This document shows positions 29,499 through 39,587 of a stretch of 64,000 nt of DNA, in pieces. The first letter of the stretch is position 1, and every line of letters starts with the position of its first letter. Made by a program: the position numbers and the translations under genes. A model generated the notes under the pieces. It saw only the letters and a list, made by a program, of their open reading frames with translations. It searched no databases and had not been told where the DNA came from. Source of the DNA: an uncultured Actinomycetota bacterium. Lineage in GTDB: Bacteria > Actinomycetota > Actinomycetes > DATJPE01. The DNA lies in the NCBI GenBank assembly GCA_963736655.1, contig CAVTPM010000015.1, forward strand, positions 1,496,672 through 1,560,671. Reading direction: 5' to 3'.

Positions 29499-30680
29499 AT
29501 GGCGGACGTGACCATCGTCGAGGTGGCCGCTCGAGACGGTCTGCAGAACGACCCCGCCGAGCTGACGACGTCGCAGAAGGTCGAGCTGGTCGGACGGGTC
29601 GCCGCTGCCGGCGTCACCCGCGCGGAGGTTGCCAGCTTCGTCAACCCGCAGCGGGTCCCGCGGATGGCAGACGCGGAGGCCGTCGTCGCGGGCCTGGTCG
29701 CGGCCGGTACCGGGTCGCGGCTCGCCATGATCGGGCTGGTGCTCAACGCCCGAGGGTTCCACCGCGCGGCCGCGACGGCGGTGGACGAGGTGAACCTCGT
29801 GGTGATGGCGAGCGACACGTTCAGCCGGCGCAACCAGGGCCTGTCCACCGACGAAGCCGTCCGCACCGTCGAAGAGGTGGCACCGCTCGCTCGCGCCGCC
29901 GGGCTCACCACCACGGTCACGCTGTCGGCGTCGTTCGGCTGCCCCTACGAGGGGGAGGTCCCGCTCCCACGGGTCGTCGACCTCTCAGCGCGGCTGGCTG
30001 CCACCGGGGTCGACGAGCTGGCCATCGCCGACACGATCGGCGTCGCGGTGCCGACCGACGTACGCGCTCGGATCGCCGCCGTCCGCGAGGTCTCCGGAGA
30101 CGTACGACTCCGGGCCCACTTCCACAACACGCGCAACACCGGGTACGCCAACGCCCTGGCGGCCTTCGAGTCGGGGGTGACCGTCCTCGATGCGAGTCTC
30201 GGAGGCATCGGCGGGTGCCCGTTCGCCCCTCGCGCGACGGGCAACATCGCGACCGAGGACCTCGTCTACCTGCTCGAACGTTCCGGGATCAGCACGGGTC
30301 TCGACCTCGACGGGCTCATCGCTGCCTCCGACTGGCTCGGGGATCAGCTCGGTCGCCCGACCCCCGCCCTGGTGAGCGGGCGTCGCGAGGTTGACGCCGC
30401 CCACTTCAACGTCACGCGCAACGCCGGGTCCGCCAACGCGCTGGCGGCCTTCGAGGCGGGGGTGACCGTCCTCGACGCGAGTCTCGGAGGCATCGGCGGG
30501 TGCCCGTTCGCCCCTCGCGCGACGGGCAACGTCGCGACCGAGGACCTCGTCTACCTGCTCGACGTTCCGGGATCAGCACGGGTCGCGACCTCGACGGGCT
30601 CGTCGCCGCCTCCGGACTGGCTCGGGGATCAGCTCGGTCGCCCGACCCCCGCCCTGGTGAGCAAGGCCGGCGGCTTCCCG
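29499..30680 (+). CDS. Hydroxymethylglutaryl-CoA lyase family; C-terminal part duplicated, no clean stop
   Basis: EVAARDGLQN, SFGCPYEG, ADTIG, HFHNTR, GGCPFAPRATGN. Confidence 0.88.
30114..30662 (+). repeat. About 265-bp diverged direct duplication (30114-30377 and 30399-30662)
   Basis: HF...GGIGGCPFAPRATGN...QLGRPTPALVS encoded twice, with scattered substitutions and indels. Confidence 0.92.
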
Positions 30681-30684
30681 GGGG

Positions 30685-33357
30685 GGATCCAACGCGTACG
30701 TCGTCGCCGAAGGCCTCCAGCCGGGCTGCTTCGAGGGCGAGTACTCAGCCAACATCGCCGACGGCACACCGCTGTGGACTGCCCAGTGCCTGGGTGCTTC
30801 ACAGGCCACGGCCGTGATCGGCAACTTCGTCTACCGCGGCTCGCACATGCACGACTGCGGCAGGACTCCTGGCGGATTCGTGGGTCCGAGGTCCTCCGCC
30901 GACTTCGTCTGGTACCGCCTGGCCGCCCACTCGCTGAGCGACGGCACGTTTGCGCACTGGTCGCCCAACACCAACGGCGCCGGAACGGACCACGTCGGCC
31001 CGCACGCCATGGCAACCGACGGCACGCAGCTGTTCGTCGGCGGTGACTTCTCGACCGTCGGTGGAGCGGCACAGCAGGGCCTGACCCGCTTCGGCCCGAC
31101 GGGAGGCAACTCGACGCCGGGCACCCCGCTCGCCCCGACCGTCACCGCCAGCGCCGCGGGGACGGTCACCGTGGTCGCCCGCGGAGTCGCGGACAACAAC
31201 AACGGGATGCTCACCTACCGGCTGTTCCGCGACGGCGGTACGACGCCCGTCGCGTCCACCGTGGTCGAGTCGTGGCCGTGGAGCCTTCCCGAGATCCGCT
31301 TCGACGACGCCGGTCTCCCTGCCGGGTCCACGCACGCCTACCGCATCAGCGCCAGTGACGGCACCGCGACGAGCGCCCTGTCGGCCGTGTCGGCGTCCGT
31401 GACCGTCAGCGCCGCGAACCCGCCCGCCTACGCATCGCGGGTTCAGGCCGCGAACCCAGGGACGTACTGGCAGCTGGACGAGGCCAACGGTCCGGTCGTC
31501 GGCAGCTCCGTCTCCGGCGCCGAGGGCATCACCGTCGGTGGGGTCACCCGGAACCAGCCGGCTGCGATCGCGGGGGGTGCGGCAGTCACGCTCGACGGCA
31601 CTTCCGGATACCTCGCCGCTGCCACGCCGACGACGCACACCGACTCCTACACCCAGACGGCATTCTTCAAGACCACCACGCGCGTCGGCGGGGCGATCAT
31701 GGGCTATTCGTCCGACCAGACCGGCGCCGGACCCGCAACGGGCAGCGACCGTGTCGTCTTCATGGAGAACGACGGCAAGCTCGCCTTCGTGCAGCGGGTC
31801 GTGCCAGTCGGCCGTGGAGCGTCCTTCGCCTTCGTGCGCTCGGCGACCACTTTCCGCGACGGTCGGTGGCACCAGGTCACGGCCACCTACGGCGCCGGGG
31901 TCATGAACCTGTACGTCGACGGCGCCCTGCAGGGGACCACCGCGGTCGTCGGCGCTGCCCTGCCCGCTCCGGGCTACCTGCGGGCCGGCTACACGGACCT
32001 GTCGAGCTTCTACCTCGTGTTCGGCCGGAACTACTCGAACATCCCGGCACCCACCAGCTCCTTCTTCTCAGGTGACCTGGACGAGGTGGCCGACTTCCCG
32101 AGCGAGCTCTCGCCGTCCCAGGTCGCAGCACTGTGGACCTCGGGGGCCGCCGGCCTGCTGGGCGCCGCACCCGCGGACACCCTGGCGCCGTCGACGCCCG
32201 GGAACCTGGCCGCCTCCAAGACGGCCACCTCGGTGACGCTGACCTGGTCCGCCTCCACCGACAACGTCGCAGTCACCGGGTACCAGGTACGGCGTGACGG
32301 CACCCTGATCACAACCACGGCGCCCGGAGTCCTCACCTACACCGACAACGGCCGCACCCCGAACACGCCCTACGCCTACACAGTGACCGCGATCGATGCC
32401 GTCCCCAACGCCTCGACCCCGGCCGCTCTGAACGTCACCACGGACCCAGCGCCGGTCGACACCGAAGCGCCGTCGACGCCCGGGAACCTGGCCGCCTCCA
32501 AGACGGCCACCTCGGTGACGCTGACCTGGACCGCCTCCACCGACAACGTCGCAGTCACCGGGTACCAGGTACGGCGTGACGGCACCCTGATCACCACCAC
32601 AGCGCCCGGAGTCCTCACCTACACCGACAACGGCCGCACCCCGAACACGCCCTACGCCTACACCGTGACCGCGATCGATGCTGCCCCCAACGCCTCGACC
32701 CCGGCCGTTGTGAACGTGACCACGGATCCGGTCAGCAGTGCGTTGTTCACAGACGCGTGGACCGGCGCCAACGGTGCTGCCTGGTCGCCGTCGTGGACGA
32801 CCACGGTCAATGCCGGGACGGTCGACACCCAGAACAGCGCTGGCCGACTGGCCTTCAACGACACCGCCAGCGCTTGGGCCCGTGCCCAGCTGACAGGTAG
32901 CACCGCCGTCGCCGACGCTGATCTCGTCTTCTCCTACCAGTGGTCGAGCGGACAGCCCCGAGCCTATTTCAGCGCCTTCCTGCGCGGCACCGGCGGCTGG
33001 CAGAACAGCTACCGCCCCCTCAACGGCTACGGCGTTCAGATCCAGTCCGACTCCGCCGCGGTCCTGGTCCAGAAGAACGTCAACGGCACGGTGAGCACGG
33101 TCAGCTCGCTGACCGGTGCCCAGCAGGTCGGCACGGGCAAGCAGTGGGTCAGGTTCCGCATCGTCGGGCAGACCCTCTACGTGCGCACCTGGACGGACGG
33201 AACTCCCGAACCCGCTTCGTGGACCTACACCACCACCGACACGAGCCTGGCGCCCGCCGGACAGGTCTTCCTCTCGATCAACCGCTCGGGATCGAACGTG
33301 GGCAGCAAGGAGATCCGGCTCGACGACCTCGCTCTTTCCGCGGCAACCGGCCCCTGA
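30685..33357 (+). CDS. Large extracellular protein fragment: propeller-like end, FN3, LamG-like, 2x FN3, C-terminal beta-sandwich; 5'-truncated
   Basis: Frame open from 30661 with no signal peptide; LFVGGDFSTVGG, YWQLDE, DGRWHQV...LYVDG, LTWSASTDNVAVTGYQVRRDG twice. Confidence 0.8.
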   Translation, partial: GSNAYVVAEGLQPGCFEGEYSANIADGTPLWTAQCLGASQATAVIGNFVYRGSHMHDCGRTPGGFVGPRSSADFVWYRLAAHSLSDGTFAHWSPNTNGAGTDHVGPHAMATDGTQLFVGGDFSTVGGAAQQGLTRFGPTGGNSTPGTPLAPTVTASAAGTVTVVARGVADNNNGMLTYRLFRDGGTTPVASTVVESWPWSLPEIRFDDAGLPAGSTHAYRISASDGTATSALSAVSASVTVSAANPPAYASRVQAANPGTYWQLDEANGPVVGSSVSGAEGITVGGVTRNQPAAIAGGAAVTLDGTSGYLAAATPTTHTDSYTQTAFFKTTTRVGGAIMGYSSDQTGAGPATGSDRVVFMENDGKLAFVQRVVPVGRGASFAFVRSATTFRDGRWHQVTATYGAGVMNLYVDGALQGTTAVVGAALPAPGYLRAGYTDLSSFYLVFGRNYSNIPAPTSSFFSGDLDEVADFPSELSPSQVAALWTSGAAGLLGAAPADTLAPSTPGNLAASKTATSVTLTWSASTDNVAVTGYQVRRDGTLITTTAPGVLTYTDNGRTPNTPYAYTVTAIDAVPNASTPAALNVTTDPAPVDTEAPSTPGNLAASKTATSVTLTWTASTDNVAVTGYQVRRDGTLITTTAPGVLTYTDNGRTPNTPYAYTVTAIDAAPNASTPAVVNVTTDPVSSALFTDAWTGANGAAWSPSWTTTVNAGTVDTQNSAGRLAFNDTASAWARAQLTGSTAVADADLVFSYQWSSGQPRAYFSAFLRGTGGWQNSYRPLNGYGVQIQSDSAAVLVQKNVNGTVSTVSSLTGAQQVGTGKQWVRFRIVGQTLYVRTWTDGTPEPASWTYTTTDTSLAPAGQVFLSINRSGSNVGSKEIRLDDLALSAATGP
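32176..32730 (+). repeat. Near-identical 282-bp tandem FN3 duplication
   Basis: Units begin at 32176 and 32458. Confidence 0.92.
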
Positions 33358-33385
33358 GTCTGCCAACGAGGGAGCGAGCCCCGTC

Positions 33386-33799
33386 GTGCGCGTGCTTCGG
33401 GTGTCGTTCGTCGCAACGCGCACTCAGGACTTCGGGGCGACCGAGGCGCTGTTCCGTGACGTGCTGGGCATGAAGGCCGCGTTCACCAGCCCGGGTTGGG
33501 CAGGCTTCACGCTGCCCTCCGGACCGCGCGACCTCGTCGAGGTCCTCGGCCCCGAGATGACCGACGAGAGGGTGGCCCCCGCCGCCTTCGACCGTGGCGT
33601 GCTCGTCGCGTTCGCCGTCGACGACATCGTCGGTGCCCGAGACGAGCTCGCCGCAGCGGATGTCGAGCTCATCGGGAACATCGTCTGGGCGAAAGACCTG
33701 ACCGGTGACGCCGACGACCATCCCTGGGGCTGGTTCTTCTTCAGAGCTCCCGACGGCAACGTGTACGTCCTTCAGCAGGACGGTCTCGTGGACTCATGA
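33386..33799 (+). CDS. VOC/glyoxalase family protein
   Basis: LFRDVLGM, AFAVDDI, FFFRAPDGNVYVL. Confidence 0.85.
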   Translation: MRVLRVSFVATRTQDFGATEALFRDVLGMKAAFTSPGWAGFTLPSGPRDLVEVLGPEMTDERVAPAAFDRGVLVAFAVDDIVGARDELAAADVELIGNIVWAKDLTGDADDHPWGWFFFRAPDGNVYVLQQDGLVDS

Positions 33800-34428
33800 G
33801 TCGTGGGCACTCGCACTGCCAACTCAGCGGGGGTCGGCGCCACGACGCGGAGGAAGTCCGACCCATGGGCTCGTCGACGACGCCCAACTCTCGAGGAGCA
33901 GAGCGAACATCTCTGGTTCGGTCGAGCAGAGCTGGTCGAGCAGCCAGGCAGGTGGAGGCTCACGCTCGTCGACGAACGCCTCCTGGAAGAACGAGACGCA
34001 ACCCGCGGCCACGCACCTCCTGGGCCATGGCAAGGGCCTCGTCCCCCTCGGCTGGGCCAGGTTGGCCAACCGCCCCGAGGCCGACCAGCGATGTCACCCG
34101 CTCAGGGTGGGCGGCAGCTAGCACGTAACCGATCGTGGCTCCGGCTGAGTACCCGACGAACGCCACCTTCTCGACGCCGGTCGCGTCAAGGACGGCGAGC
34201 ACATCGCTGACGTACTCCTCCAACCGGTGCTCGGCGAGCCCCATGGGCCGATCGCTGCGCCCATGGCCCCGGTGGTCGAGCACCAGGTGCCGGCGCCCCG
34301 CCAACGCCTCCCGGTAGCCGGCGTAAGCCCACATGCGTCCGTCGCCGCATCCGCCGGTGTGGAAGAGCACAGGGGACCCGCACCCTCATCGACGAGGTGG
34401 AGGCGAACACGTTCCGTTCGCCGAACAC
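33800..34428 (-). CDS. Alpha/beta hydrolase (several frameshifts; C-terminus apparently missing)
   Basis: VRLHLVDEG..PVLFH, LDHRGHGRSD, VGYSAG, HPERV. Confidence 0.7.
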
Positions 34429-36078
34429 GGTCAGCTCTCGCACCTGGTCGACGGGTGACGTCAACGGATCGAGCCTGGCTGGGTCGGCGACGGGCAGGAG
34501 ATCGACCTGCGGCATCCGGATCAGACGCGCCACGAGCTCACGACCTCCATCCGTACCTGCCACGCCACGCGTCCGAACGAAACCGGGCGGTGGAGGCCGC
34601 AGCACGGCTGGGAGGGCCGGCGGCCAGTCTGGCGCGAGCACGACCGGCCGTGCCCAGCGGGGCAGGTCGGGAGTCGCTGGGTGCAGCCGCGCGTTCCGAA
34701 CGATCCGGTCCACCCGCTCCCCCAGTGCCCCCTCAGCGGCTGTCGGCAGCCAGAGGGTGGGAATCGCAAGGACGACGGCAAGGACCCCCAACGAGGCAAG
34801 GGTGAAGCGGGGCTCAGCCCACTCCCCGAGTACCGCCAACCACACCAGTCCGAGGACCAGACCACCCACCACGGCGAGCGTGCTGAGGGCAGCGACCGCG
34901 GGTCGATCGGCTGGCTCGACAGCAGACAGCGCGGTGGCGTCGAGGACGACGACCGCCAAAGCGGCACCCGTGGTCACCACGGCTGTGCCCACCAAGGCCG
35001 CCGCCGCCTGGTGCGTCCAGCTCGTGGCCACCAGTCCGACGACCGACACGACGAGCAGCACCGGTACGGCGGCCGCGAGGTGCCGTGGTCCCCGACGTCC
35101 ACGAGCTTCGAGCCCTCGGGCTGCCAGGACCATGGCGAGGGAGGCGGCCGCCCAGGCGATCGCGAGCCCTGCGTACGTCTCGACGGCGGAGGTGCCGCTG
35201 GTTCGGACGAGGCTGACGATGGCCGTCACGGGGGCGAGCCCTGCCACTCCGACCGCCAGATAGCCGACCAGGGCCACGGCCACCGCGGGCTGCCCGGCAA
35301 CACGGTTCAGCGACCGGAGGGGCTGGTCGGGCGCCTCGACCGGGGCTGCATCCTCCCCGACCAGGCCGACCAGCCTCCGACGCTCCACACCCCCGACCCC
35401 AGGATCGTCGACGAAGGCGGACACCAGGCCGAGGACCGCAGCGACGGCCCCCGCGGCCGCGAGCGCACTCCGCCATCCCCACTCCGGCCCGCCCACGACG
35501 GCTGCCGCCAGGCCGGCCGCAGCCGCGCCGCCGAGGACACCCGAACCACGCCAACGGGCCAACGCACGCACGCGCACCTCCGGCGGGGACACATCGACGA
35601 CGAGAGGGCGCTGGGTGACCGCTCCGACTCCGAGGAGTGCGGCGCGGAGCACGAGGAGTGCTGCTGCCGCTGTGAGCACCTCGAGCTGAGCGACGACCAC
35701 GACGACGAGCCCCGCGTTCGTGGCGACCCACACCGCGGCGGTGAGTCGACGACCCGATCGGGCGAGTCGCAGGGAGATCAGGGCGGCCGCTACCGCGGCG
35801 ACGCCACCGGCGAGCAACCAGGTCGTGAGCCACCCCGACGACGCACCCAGGTCCGGGGCGACCCACGACACGAGCAGCCAGAGCAGCACGCTGGGAAGCG
35901 CATCGGCGAACGCGAGGCCGACCAGACCGGAAACGCGTGCGCGACCTTGGGCTCCGGCTGCCGTCCCGTATCCCCTGGTCCGCTGGCTGCCGGTGACGCC
36001 GAGGGCGACACGGACACCTCGTGCGAGGCCGGTCGGCTCAGGCGGGGGACCGAGGCGTCGGTGCTGGTCGGCAGGCAT
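34429..36078 (-). CDS. MFS-like membrane protein (3' end uncertain; in frame with the hydrolase start)
   Basis: About 12 hydrophobic segments, WGWRSAL, DPGVGG; Pro-rich tail. Confidence 0.6.
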
Positions 36079-36215
36079 GACACCGAGCAGTCTCGACCCC
36101 TGTCAGGGCGACCGCCCAACGAACCCGCGAGGCGATCATGGTCCGTGACGAGACCGTGACTCCAGCCACCCGTGGAGTCACCCGGAAGGGTGACCCGCTC
36201 AGGCACCATGAACTC

Positions 36216-36440
36216 ATGAGCACCGAGATCGGCACTCCACTTCAGCTGATCGTCGGCGGCTGGGTTCTCGCCAACCTGCTGCTCGCCGCGATGCTGCACG
36301 GCCGGGCGCTCGTCGCGCTGCATGACCCCTTGACCGACGAAGCCGGCGCGGCCCCTGCGGCGGAATACGGCGTGGAGTCGTGTCGCGAAGTGCTCGACGT
36401 TTTCGCAGATCGGGTCGCGGGGCCCGTCAGTTCGGTCTAG
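36216..36440 (+). CDS. Small hypothetical protein with an N-terminal TM
   Basis: MSTEIGTPLQLIVGGWVLANLLLAAML... Confidence 0.4.
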   Translation: MSTEIGTPLQLIVGGWVLANLLLAAMLHGRALVALHDPLTDEAGAAPAAEYGVESCREVLDVFADRVAGPVSSV

Positions 36441-36449
36441 CGTTCAGCC

Positions 36450-36671
36450 ATGGCAGGCTTCCCCGATCCGGCCGTCGCTGGCGTGTCCTTCGACCACCGG
36501 GTTCCCCCTCAGGCTGAACCCCACGTCGTCGCCGCGCACACCACCCAGATCGTCGAGCAGGACCAGTTCTCGGTGGCGACCTGCTCGTGCGGGTGGAAGT
36601 CCTACGCCCGCAGGTCACGACCCCGCGCACGACAAGAGGGCGTCGAGCACCAGCAGCTCCACGGAGTCTGA
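36450..36671 (+). CDS. Small hypothetical protein with H...CxCGW...H putative Zn site
   Basis: AHTTQIVE...ATCSCGWKSYARRSR...VEH. Confidence 0.6.
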   Translation: MAGFPDPAVAGVSFDHRVPPQAEPHVVAAHTTQIVEQDQFSVATCSCGWKSYARRSRPRARQEGVEHQQLHGV

Positions 36672-36690
36672 GCGGGCCGGCTCACCAGGC

Positions 36691-37518
36691 TCAGACCGGC
36701 GCGGCCTCGGATGCATTCCCCAGCCGGGCGACCAGGCGGGCCTGGTTGCGCCGACCCACCCAGGCGATGACCGGGTGGAGAGCGAGGGCGAAGTCAGGGA
36801 CCGCCCCGATAAGGCGTACCTCCGCCCCACGCCAGCGCGGCACGGAGACGACCCGGCGCGGTCGGCGCAACGTCGAGAGCGCCCGAACGACGACCTCCTC
36901 CGGAGTGACGAGGCGCAAACCGCTGAACGTCAGGACCACCGCCGGGTCGGCGACGACGTCACGGATCATCGGGGTGAGCATCCCGTCGGGGCAGACCACG
37001 GTGAACCGGACCCTCCGCTCCCCCTGAGCGCGAAGCTCGGCCTCGAGTCCGAGGGTGAAGGACAGCACACCAGCCTTGGTGGCCGCGTAGACCGACTCAC
37101 CCGGCACTGGGGTCCATGAAGCCAGCGACCCGACGTTGATGACCTGCCCCCCCGCGTGCTGACGCATCACGGCCACGGCGGCGCGGGTCCCGCGGATCAC
37201 CCCCAGCAAGTTCACCTCGACGACCCGGTCGACGACCTCGTCCGACTGCGTGGCGGCGTCTCCTGAACCGAGCACGGCCGCGTTGTTCACCCAGAGCGAG
37301 GGCCGCAGCTCCTGAGCGAGCGAGCGAAGGGCGGCTCCGTCGCGGACGTCGACCCTCCGGTCGGCACCGTCCAGATCGACTCCCACCACGTGCCACCCGA
37401 GTCCGCGGAGCTGTCGAACGAACTCAGCGCCCAGCCCGGCACCTGCCCCGGTGACCACGGCCGTCCCTTTGACGGTGACTCCGACCGGCTCCTCGGAGCC
37501 GCCCGCCGCTGCCGTCAC
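36691..37518 (-). CDS. SDR oxidoreductase
   Basis: TGAGAGLG, VNNA, YAATK. Confidence 0.9.
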   Translation of the reverse strand: MTAAAGGSEEPVGVTVKGTAVVTGAGAGLGAEFVRQLRGLGWHVVGVDLDGADRRVDVRDGAALRSLAQELRPSLWVNNAAVLGSGDAATQSDEVVDRVVEVNLLGVIRGTRAAVAVMRQHAGGQVINVGSLASWTPVPGESVYAATKAGVLSFTLGLEAELRAQGERRVRFTVVCPDGMLTPMIRDVVADPAVVLTFSGLRLVTPEEVVVRALSTLRRPRRVVSVPRWRGAEVRLIGAVPDFALALHPVIAWVGRRNQARLVARLGNASEAAPV

Positions 37519-37835
37519 GCCGGCTCACAGCTGACGTGCGTGCTCGCCCAGGGCAACGCCTCGAGCCGCCCCTCGGGGATGGGCCGACCGCACCGGTCGC
37601 AGGTGCCGTAGCTGCCGTCCCGTCGCTTGGCCTGCGCCCGCAGCACCTCGAGCCTCAGCTGCAGGAACCGGTCGTGCGTGGCCACCTGGGTGAGCCGCTC
37701 GACGGCGATCGACGTCCCGTCACCCACACGCTTGCCGAACGAGATGTCGCCCGCCTGCTCCGGTGGTGCCGTGAGCGCGGCGATCTCGTCGTCGAGCTCG
37801 GCGAGCTTGCCGGCCAGCACCGCATCGACGTCCAT
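37515..37835 (-). CDS. TraR/DksA-family zinc-finger protein
   Basis: GSYGTCDRCGRPIPEGRLEALPWASTHVSC. Confidence 0.88.
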   Translation of the reverse strand: MDVDAVLAGKLAELDDEIAALTAPPEQAGDISFGKRVGDGTSIAVERLTQVATHDRFLQLRLEVLRAQAKRRDGSYGTCDRCGRPIPEGRLEALPWASTHVSCEPA

Positions 37836-37893
37836 CGCCCCAGCCTGCCTCATCGCATGGTCCTGCGAGGTACATCGCGGAACGGCAGACCGC

Positions 37894-39414
37894 TCACCCG
37901 AGAGTGAAGGACGGGTCGTGCGGCAGCTCGAGGGTGTCCATCTGCGCCTTCTGCAGCCGACCGCTGACGTCCCAGTTCATCGCCTGCCAGCGCGTGAACT
38001 GGTCCAGCACCCAGATGCCCGACTGCCGCGAACCGTTGCCCGAGCGGCCGTTCCCGCCGAAGGGGAGGTGCGCCTCGGCACCTGAGGTCGAGTTGTTGAC
38101 CGACACCATCCCGGCTCCGACCCGGGCCCGGAAGTCGAAGGCCTGCTTGGCGTCGCGGGTGTAGATGGCGGCCGACAGGCCGTATCCGTGCCCGCTCGCC
38201 AGCTCCACGGCTTCGTCGAAGCTGTCGAAGACACCGAGCCCTACCAGGGGACCGAACGTCTCCTGGTCGTAGAGCGCGTCGCCTGCCCGGACGCCCTCCA
38301 CGACCGTCGGGTGCGCGTAGACACCACGGTCCGGGTCTCCGACGAACCCAGCGCGCGGGTTCCCGGACGTGATGCGACCGACGCCCGTCGAACCGTGCAC
38401 GGACTGGTGGGCGGCGACCAGCTCGAGATTGCGTTCGTGGTTGGCGAGGTAGCGCTCCGAGAGCATCGGGCCGTACAGCACCGCCTCGTGGGGGTCACCG
38501 ACCACGGCAGCCTCGACCGCCGCGACGAAGGCGTCCCGGAAGGTGACGTAGACCTCCCGGTGCACCCAGGCGGTGCCGAGGCTCGTGCACCGCTGCCCCG
38601 CGGTGCCGAAGCCGGAGAACAGCGCGCCCTCGACGGCGAGCGCGAGGTCGGCGTCCGGCATGACGACCAAAGGGTTCTTGCCTCCGAGCTCGAGGCAGGG
38701 GCTCTGGAGATGGCGGCCGCAGAGCTCGCCGATCGCGCGACCCACAGCCGTCGAGCCCGTGAACCCGACCTTGTGCACCAGTCCCTCGTCGAGCGCTCCC
38801 TCGAGGCCGGCGTAGGTGGTGGGGCCGTCGGCGATGACGAGCTCGAGGACTCCCTCGGGCACGCCGGCGTTCCGGAAGAGGGCCAGCAGCGCCTGCGCGA
38901 CACCGGCCGAGGTCTCCGCCGGCTTCCAGACGACCGCGTTGCCGCAGAGCAGCGCCGGGACGAGGTACCAGGACGGCACCGCTACCGGGAAGTTCGCCGC
39001 GGTGATGACCATCGAGACGCCGACCGGGACGCGGAAGGTGAACAGCTGCTTGTCGGCCATCTCGCTCGGGACCGTCTGCCCGTAGAGCCGTCGCCCCTCC
39101 CCGAGGAAGAAGTCGCAGGTGTCGACGACCTCCTGCACCTCACCGAGCGCCTCGGCGTACGGCTTGCCGACCTCACGCGTCACCAGGGCGGCGAGAGACT
39201 CCTTGTTGGCCTCGACCAGCCTGCCGACCTGCGCGACGACCCGGCCACGCACCGGGGCAGGGACGTCCGCCCAGGCCCGCTGGGCGAGCGAGGCACGGCG
39301 GCAGGCCGCCACGACGGCGGTGCTGTCGGCGAGCTGGATCTCGGCCACGATCTCGTCGAGATCGGCCGGGTTCCGCGTCTGGAACAGCGGGCCCGCACCA
39401 GGGGGCTGCGTCAT
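37894..39414 (-). CDS. Aldehyde dehydrogenase
   Basis: ANFP, FTGS, LELGGKN, GQRCT, ETFGP, PFGG. Confidence 0.95.
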   Translation of the reverse strand: MTQPPGAGPLFQTRNPADLDEIVAEIQLADSTAVVAACRRASLAQRAWADVPAPVRGRVVAQVGRLVEANKESLAALVTREVGKPYAEALGEVQEVVDTCDFFLGEGRRLYGQTVPSEMADKQLFTFRVPVGVSMVITAANFPVAVPSWYLVPALLCGNAVVWKPAETSAGVAQALLALFRNAGVPEGVLELVIADGPTTYAGLEGALDEGLVHKVGFTGSTAVGRAIGELCGRHLQSPCLELGGKNPLVVMPDADLALAVEGALFSGFGTAGQRCTSLGTAWVHREVYVTFRDAFVAAVEAAVVGDPHEAVLYGPMLSERYLANHERNLELVAAHQSVHGSTGVGRITSGNPRAGFVGDPDRGVYAHPTVVEGVRAGDALYDQETFGPLVGLGVFDSFDEAVELASGHGYGLSAAIYTRDAKQAFDFRARVGAGMVSVNNSTSGAEAHLPFGGNGRSGNGSRQSGIWVLDQFTRWQAMNWDVSGRLQKAQMDTLELPHDPSFTLG

Positions 39415-39560
39415 GTCGCCCACCCTTCCACGCACCCCACCCCGGTTGTTGATCACGGACGAATCGGCCCTGCCGGCGACGTCAGAGACCCATTTCGTCC
39501 TTGATCAACGGGAGTCCAGAGGTCCGGACGAATCACAGCGCAGAACCGACTTGCCCCACA

Positions 39561-39578
39561 TGGAACGTTTGTGTTCCA
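39561..39578. promoter_or_regulatory. Palindromic operator TGGAAC-N6-GTTCCA upstream of the TetR gene
   Basis: Perfect 6-bp inverted repeat 9 nt before the TetR ATG. Confidence 0.65.
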
Positions 39579-39587
39579 CTAGGACAC

